DNA from: a virus
Lineage: Duplodnaviria; Caudoviricetes
IMG/VR virus record: IMGVR_UViG_3300032295_002749
Coordinates: 1 to 50,741 of that record
Length of the DNA stretch: 50,741 nucleotides
Strand: one strand, 5' to 3'
The translations under genes were made by a program, and so were the position numbers. Under the pieces are notes generated by a model. That model was given only the letters and a program-made list of their open reading frames with translations. It ran no database searches and was not told the DNA's origin. Positions within the stretch are counted from its first letter, which is position 1. Each line of letters begins with the position of its first letter. Of the stretch, positions 46,359-50,741 are shown one piece after another.

Positions 46359-47438
46359 ATGGCAAAAAGTAAAGACAGTTTAACGTCAGTGGTATCTGAG
46401 TCACTTAAAAAGTCATTCGACATTGACTCGTTTAAAAAATCCAAATTTCTAGATCAGTCTGTTAAGTTCAAACCACAACGCTGGATTCCGCTTTCTAAAG
46501 CATTCCAAGATGTACTGTCATTGCCTGGTATTCCGATGGGCCACATAACTTTGTTACGTGGTCACTCGGATACTGGCAAAACAACAGCCATGCTTGAAGC
46601 AGCAGTAGCAGCACAAAAGATGGGTATATTGCCTGTGTTTATTGTTACTGAGATGAAATGGAATTGGGAACATGCTCAAACAATGGGATTTGAAATGCAA
46701 CCTGTAATTGATGAAGAAACAGGTGAAATTACAGATTATAAAGGATTCTTTATTTATGTAGACAGAGGCTCACTTAACACAATTGAAGATGTAGGTGCGT
46801 TTATGGCTGATCTATTAAATGAACAAGCTAAAGGCAAACTACCATATGATATTTGCTTCCTATGGGATTCAGTTGGATCTATTCCATGCCGATTAAGTGT
46901 TGAAAAATCTAGTAATAATAATGAATGGAACGCGGGAGCAATGTCTCAAACATTTGGTAATTTTATCAATCAGCAAATTACATTATCACGTAAAGAAAAT
47001 AAACCGTATACAAATACGTTTATTGCTGTAAATAAAGTATGGGTAGCTAAACCATCTGTACCAATGGAAATGCCTAAAATTAAAAATAAAGGCGGTGATA
47101 CCATGTTCTTTGATTCATCACTTGTAGTAACATTTGGTAATGTAACTAATAGTGGTACAAGTAAAATTAAAGCAACTAAAAATGGTAAAGATGTTGAGTT
47201 TGCTAAACGCACCAAAATCTCAGTAGACAAGAATCATATTACCGGAGTACAAACAAAAGGTACAACAGTAATGACCGTTCACGGATTTATTGAAGACGAT
47301 AAAAAAGCAATTGACGAGTATAAAAAGGCTAATTCTAGTAATTGGCTTCAAATTCTTGGTTCAACTGATTTTGATGTTGTCGAAGAAGATGAAATGAACG
47401 AAAATATTAAAGACGTAATTGAAGCTGATGTCGAGTAA
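46359..47438 (+). CDS. uvsX: RecA/UvsX-like recombinase
   Basis: GIPMGHITLLRGHSDTGKTT (Walker A), FLWDSVG (Walker B), VNKVW, KGG..MFF, KNH. Confidence 0.88.
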   Translation: MAKSKDSLTSVVSESLKKSFDIDSFKKSKFLDQSVKFKPQRWIPLSKAFQDVLSLPGIPMGHITLLRGHSDTGKTTAMLEAAVAAQKMGILPVFIVTEMKWNWEHAQTMGFEMQPVIDEETGEITDYKGFFIYVDRGSLNTIEDVGAFMADLLNEQAKGKLPYDICFLWDSVGSIPCRLSVEKSSNNNEWNAGAMSQTFGNFINQQITLSRKENKPYTNTFIAVNKVWVAKPSVPMEMPKIKNKGGDTMFFDSSLVVTFGNVTNSGTSKIKATKNGKDVEFAKRTKISVDKNHITGVQTKGTTVMTVHGFIEDDKKAIDEYKKANSSNWLQILGSTDFDVVEEDEMNENIKDVIEADVE

Positions 47439-48450
47439 ATACCAAAAATTACTCTCTAACATCCAACCTGATATACGCAAAGAACTCAATTCAATTTTAA
47501 TCATAGACGGTCTCAATACATTCTTGAGAAACTTCACTATGGTAAACCACATAAACCCGGATGGCCACCATATAGGTGGTCTTACCGGGTTTTTAAAATC
47601 AGTTGGTTATGCTATTAGAATGGTAGACCCAACTAAAATTGTCATTGTATTCGATGGCGTAGGAGGTTCAAATGCTAGGCGTAACTTATTCCCTGATTAT
47701 AAAGCAAATCGCAATACGAGCCGTATTACTAATTATGATATTTTTAGTTCTAAGGATGAAGAACAGGAAAGCATCAGTAACCAAATGGAAAGATTGGTTC
47801 AATATTTAAAATGCCTACCTGTAACTGTAATTAGTATTGATGGTTTAGAAGCAGATGATATTATTGGATATGTAGCTACTAAATTTGAGTTACACGAAGA
47901 AACTCAAAAAGTAACTATTATGTCTGCTGATAAGGACTTCCTGCAACTAGTATCAGACAAAACATCAGCATATTCTCCTACTAAAAAGAAAATATACACA
48001 CCTAAAGAAGTACAAGAAGAATATGGTGTTAGTAGTGATAATTTTATCAACTATAAAATACTATTAGGTGATCAATCTGATAATGTTCCTGGTATTAGTG
48101 GTTTGGGTCCTAAAAAAATAATCAAATTGTTTCCTGAGTTAACAGGTAATAAAGTTACTTTAGAGAGTATAATAGAAAAATCCGCTGAACTAATCAATGA
48201 AAACAAGTTATACTTATCTGTTGTAGAAAGAAGACATCAACTAGAAATTAATAGAAGGCTGATGTCTTTGGATGGAGATTTTTTATCACCGGATAACAAA
48301 CAGTTAGTTAAACAAGCATTTACTAATTCTTATGAATTAAATATACCTATATTTTTGCAATTATATCACAATGATAAATTAGGAGAAAGTATTCCTAATG
48401 TACAATCGTGGTTAACTCAATTATTTGGTTATCCAAATTCTTTCAAATAA
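47428..48450 (+). CDS. 5'-3' exonuclease / flap endonuclease (T4 RNase H-like)
   Basis: IIDGLN, VFDG, YKANR, LEADDIIG, SADKDFLQL, GDQSDNVPGISGLGPK; ATG at 47428 preferred over TTG 47419. Confidence 0.92.
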   Translation: MSSKYQKLLSNIQPDIRKELNSILIIDGLNTFLRNFTMVNHINPDGHHIGGLTGFLKSVGYAIRMVDPTKIVIVFDGVGGSNARRNLFPDYKANRNTSRITNYDIFSSKDEEQESISNQMERLVQYLKCLPVTVISIDGLEADDIIGYVATKFELHEETQKVTIMSADKDFLQLVSDKTSAYSPTKKKIYTPKEVQEEYGVSSDNFINYKILLGDQSDNVPGISGLGPKKIIKLFPELTGNKVTLESIIEKSAELINENKLYLSVVERRHQLEINRRLMSLDGDFLSPDNKQLVKQAFTNSYELNIPIFLQLYHNDKLGESIPNVQSWLTQLFGYPNSFK

Positions 48451-48459
48451 ATTTAGGTT

Positions 48460-49836
48460 ATGACTACATTAAGTAAATTAAATCAATACGGGTCAGCATT
48501 CCAAATCAAAGTATTGGGTGCTCTCCTAACACAACGACAGTTTTTAATCAATATTATTGATTCACTAGATTCAGAATATTTTGAATCATCAGCACACAAA
48601 TGGGTTGTTGAATACATTCAAAAATACTTCTCAGAATATCATACTACACCTACAGTAGAAACAATGTCTATTGAGGTGAAAAAGATTGAAAATGAAGTAT
48701 TGAGAATATCAATTGTAGAGGCACTTAAAGACGCCTATAAAATGGCTGATCAACGTGATATTGAGTGGGTTGAAGCTGAATTCAGTTCATTCTGTCGTAA
48801 CCAACAAGTTAAAACAGCAATCCTAAATTCAGTACAACTACTTGAAGTAAACGATTTTGATAGTATCCTTCAACTAATTAGTAAAGCAGTAAAGTCAGGT
48901 GAAGACAAAACTGTGGGTCTAGATTATAATCTAGATATCGAAGCTAGGTATCGTGAAGATGATAGAAATACAATTCCATTCCCTTGGTCTACATTTAATG
49001 AATTGACTCAAGGTGGGTATGGTAAAGGTGATTTGGTACTTATGTTTGGTAACCCTGGTGGTGGTAAATCATGGGCTATATCAGCAATGGGTGCTTATGC
49101 CGCAGCATTAGGGTATAATGTAGTACACTATTCACTTGAATTGGGTGAAGGATATGTTGGTAAACGTTACGATGCTATCTTCTCTGGTATTGAAGTAGAT
49201 AAACTTCATCTACATCGTAAAGAAGTAGATGAAATAGTAGGTAAAGTAAAAGGTAAGGTTATTATTAAAGAATACCCACCTAAAAGAGCATCATTTGATA
49301 CAATTGAAGCTCACCTCCAGCAATTAGAACATCAAAACGAATTTAAACCAGATATGATTATTATAGACTATTTGGATTATATGCGTACACGTTCTAGAAA
49401 AGATCGTAAAGAAGAAATTGATGATGTTTATGTTGCTGCTAAAGCGTTTGCTAAAGAAAAAGGTATACCATTAATATCTCCATCTCAAGCAAATAGAGGT
49501 GCTGCTAAATCAGATATTATTGAAGGTGATAATGCAGCGGGATCATATGAAAAAATTATGATTGGTGATATTATTATTTCATTAGCTCGTAAACGTAAAG
49601 ACAAAATTGAGGGTACAGGTCGTTTTCATATTATGAAAAATAGATATGGAGCCGATGGAATGACCTTTAAAACCAAAATCAACACATCAAATGGATTTAT
49701 AGAAGTAGATTCTAATCCGATTGATGATGATGATATTGAAACAACTTCTAATGGTAAACCTGTAAATGACTTTTCAAGTGTTGACGTTGAAGAAAGACAA
49801 ATGCTTCAAAAGAAGTTTTTTAGACTTGAAAGTTAA
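48460..49836 (+). CDS. dnaB: Replicative DNA helicase, DnaB / T4 gp41 family
   Basis: GNPGGGKS Walker A, YSLEL, IKEYP, IIIDYLD, SQANR, KNRYG. Confidence 0.92.
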   Translation: MTTLSKLNQYGSAFQIKVLGALLTQRQFLINIIDSLDSEYFESSAHKWVVEYIQKYFSEYHTTPTVETMSIEVKKIENEVLRISIVEALKDAYKMADQRDIEWVEAEFSSFCRNQQVKTAILNSVQLLEVNDFDSILQLISKAVKSGEDKTVGLDYNLDIEARYREDDRNTIPFPWSTFNELTQGGYGKGDLVLMFGNPGGGKSWAISAMGAYAAALGYNVVHYSLELGEGYVGKRYDAIFSGIEVDKLHLHRKEVDEIVGKVKGKVIIKEYPPKRASFDTIEAHLQQLEHQNEFKPDMIIIDYLDYMRTRSRKDRKEEIDDVYVAAKAFAKEKGIPLISPSQANRGAAKSDIIEGDNAAGSYEKIMIGDIIISLARKRKDKIEGTGRFHIMKNRYGADGMTFKTKINTSNGFIEVDSNPIDDDDIETTSNGKPVNDFSSVDVEERQMLQKKFFRLES

Positions 49837-49850
49837 TCACAGTATATACT

Positions 49851-49858
49851 ATATTTAT
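49851..49858 (+). promoter_or_regulatory. (T)ATATTTAT motif
   Basis: 19 nt before the thioredoxin ATG. Confidence 0.55.
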
Positions 49859-49877
49859 AACTACAACAATAAAAATT

Positions 49878-50138
49878 ATGGTAAAGGTTAAACGATTCAC
49901 GGCCGTATGGTGCGGCCCGTGCAGACAGCTTGCTCCTCTTTTTTCGGAAATGGAAACTGAATTCCCAAATGTTTCCTTTGAAACTATTGATGTTGATACT
50001 TCTCCTGAACCTGTTCAAGAGTACTTCATTACTTCTGTTCCTACTGTAATTATAGAACAAGACGGTAAAGCCGTTCAACGTTATGTGGGTATGAACCCAA
50101 AGACAACTTATAGCAATTTTATCAAATCACTTATTTAA
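49878..50138 (+). CDS. trxA: Thioredoxin
   Basis: WCGPC active site, IDVD, SVPT. Confidence 0.95.
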   Translation: MVKVKRFTAVWCGPCRQLAPLFSEMETEFPNVSFETIDVDTSPEPVQEYFITSVPTVIIEQDGKAVQRYVGMNPKTTYSNFIKSLI

Positions 50139-50148
50139 AAAACAAACA

Positions 50149-50741
50149 ATGGATGTAACGCAAAGTATTCTCAGTGATATTACCACGTACATGAAGTACG
50201 CCAAATATACTCCTGAGAAGCAAAGAAGAGAGACATGGGAAGAACTAGTTACGCGTAACAAAGAAATGCATCAAACTAAATTTCCAAACCTAAAAGATGA
50301 AATCGAAGAAGTTTACAAACTGGTATATGCTAAAAAAGTATTGCCTTCAATGCGCAGTTTGCAATTCGCTGGTAAGCCCATTGAGCTTAATAATGCTCGT
50401 ATATTTAATTGCTCTTTTCTTCCTCTTGATGACTGGCGTGCATTCAGTGAAATAATGTTCCTATTGTTGTCTGGTTGCGGAGTAGGATATAGTGTACAGA
50501 ACCACCACATTGAAAAACTACCTGAAATTAAAGTTCCAACTAAACATAAAAGGTATTTGGTTGGTGATAGTATTGAAGGATGGGCTGATGCTGTTAGGAT
50601 GCTATGTAAAGCATACTTTCAAGGAGCACCACTCCCCGTATTTGATTTCAGAGATATTCGTCCTAAAGGGGCTCAGTTAATTACTGTAGGTGGTAAAGCA
50701 CCTGGTCCTGAGCCACTTAAAGAATGTTTATTTAATCTTGC
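50149..50741 (+). CDS. nrdJ: Class II (adenosylcobalamin-dependent) ribonucleotide reductase, 5' part, runs off the window
   Basis: Manual translation MDVTQSILSDITTYMKYAKY...RRETWEE...VLPSMRSLQFAG...IFNCSF...LLSGCGVGYSV...DSIEGWADA...FDFRDIRPKGA.L...GGKAPGPEPL; no stop before the window end. Confidence 0.9.
   Translation, partial: MDVTQSILSDITTYMKYAKYTPEKQRRETWEELVTRNKEMHQTKFPNLKDEIEEVYKLVYAKKVLPSMRSLQFAGKPIELNNARIFNCSFLPLDDWRAFSEIMFLLLSGCGVGYSVQNHHIEKLPEIKVPTKHKRYLVGDSIEGWADAVRMLCKAYFQGAPLPVFDFRDIRPKGAQLITVGGKAPGPEPLKECLFNL

Noticed and set aside
2284-50510. All minus-strand ORFs in the track (e.g. 7374-7781, 13782-14063, 35113-35451, 36058-36396, 49833-50078, 50313-50510)
   Set aside because: They are short, lie antisense to well-supported + strand genes and mirror their repeat codon patterns; no recognisable motifs.
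18346-50680. Nested + strand ORFs 18346-18576, 23256-23465 and 50492-50680
   Set aside because: Alternative frames inside longer genes; 18346 simply reflects the 27-bp repeat, and 50492 lies within nrdJ.
1-50741. Stop-codon reassignment (alternative genetic code)
   Set aside because: Standard-code ORFs tile the window densely, conserved genes are full length, and TAG ends genes at expected positions (e.g. sheath, S74 fibre).
43040-50741. Introns, inteins or homing endonucleases in replication genes
   Set aside because: Polymerase, RecA, exonuclease and helicase are of compact length with contiguous motifs; no LAGLIDADG, HNH or intein signatures were noticed.
1-50741. tRNA or rRNA genes
   Set aside because: Intergenic gaps are under about 95 nt and none shows a cloverleaf or T-loop GTTC signature; the 16090 leader is structured but not tRNA-like.

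Overview
This is a 50.7-kb AT-rich segment of a large contractile-tailed (T4-like, jumbo-type) phage genome, with every credible gene on the + strand. The order is: neck and tail-completion genes (1-3.9 kb); a ~24-kb array of about 17 fibre, adhesin and lectin-like virion genes built from shared modules (3.9-27.8 kb); small coiled-coil and Zn-finger ORFs; tail sheath, tube, putative assembly chaperone, tape measure and baseplate genes (29-43 kb); and a replication module (compact divergent family-A polymerase, gp32-like SSB, RecA/UvsX, 5'-3' exonuclease, DnaB-type helicase, thioredoxin, and the 5' part of a class II ribonucleotide reductase missed by the ORF track). TTTG-N19-20-TATATTTA promoters, the lack of Shine-Dalgarno sites and SprB-like domains suggest a Bacteroidota host (inference). 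The most notable observations are: (1) an [S/T]-[G/A]-S tripeptide confined to predicted surface-exposed virion proteins and domains, a candidate virion-wide modification sequon; (2) a +1/-2 programmed frameshift candidate between the tube and tape-measure genes; (3) structured 5' leaders upstream of particular fibre genes, behind a recurrent ATATTTAT motif; (4) a mini-PolA with His in place of the steric-gate Glu; (5) a shared N-terminal capsid-targeting-like peptide on unrelated proteins, including a muramidase. All calls come from reading motifs by eye; no database search was run.
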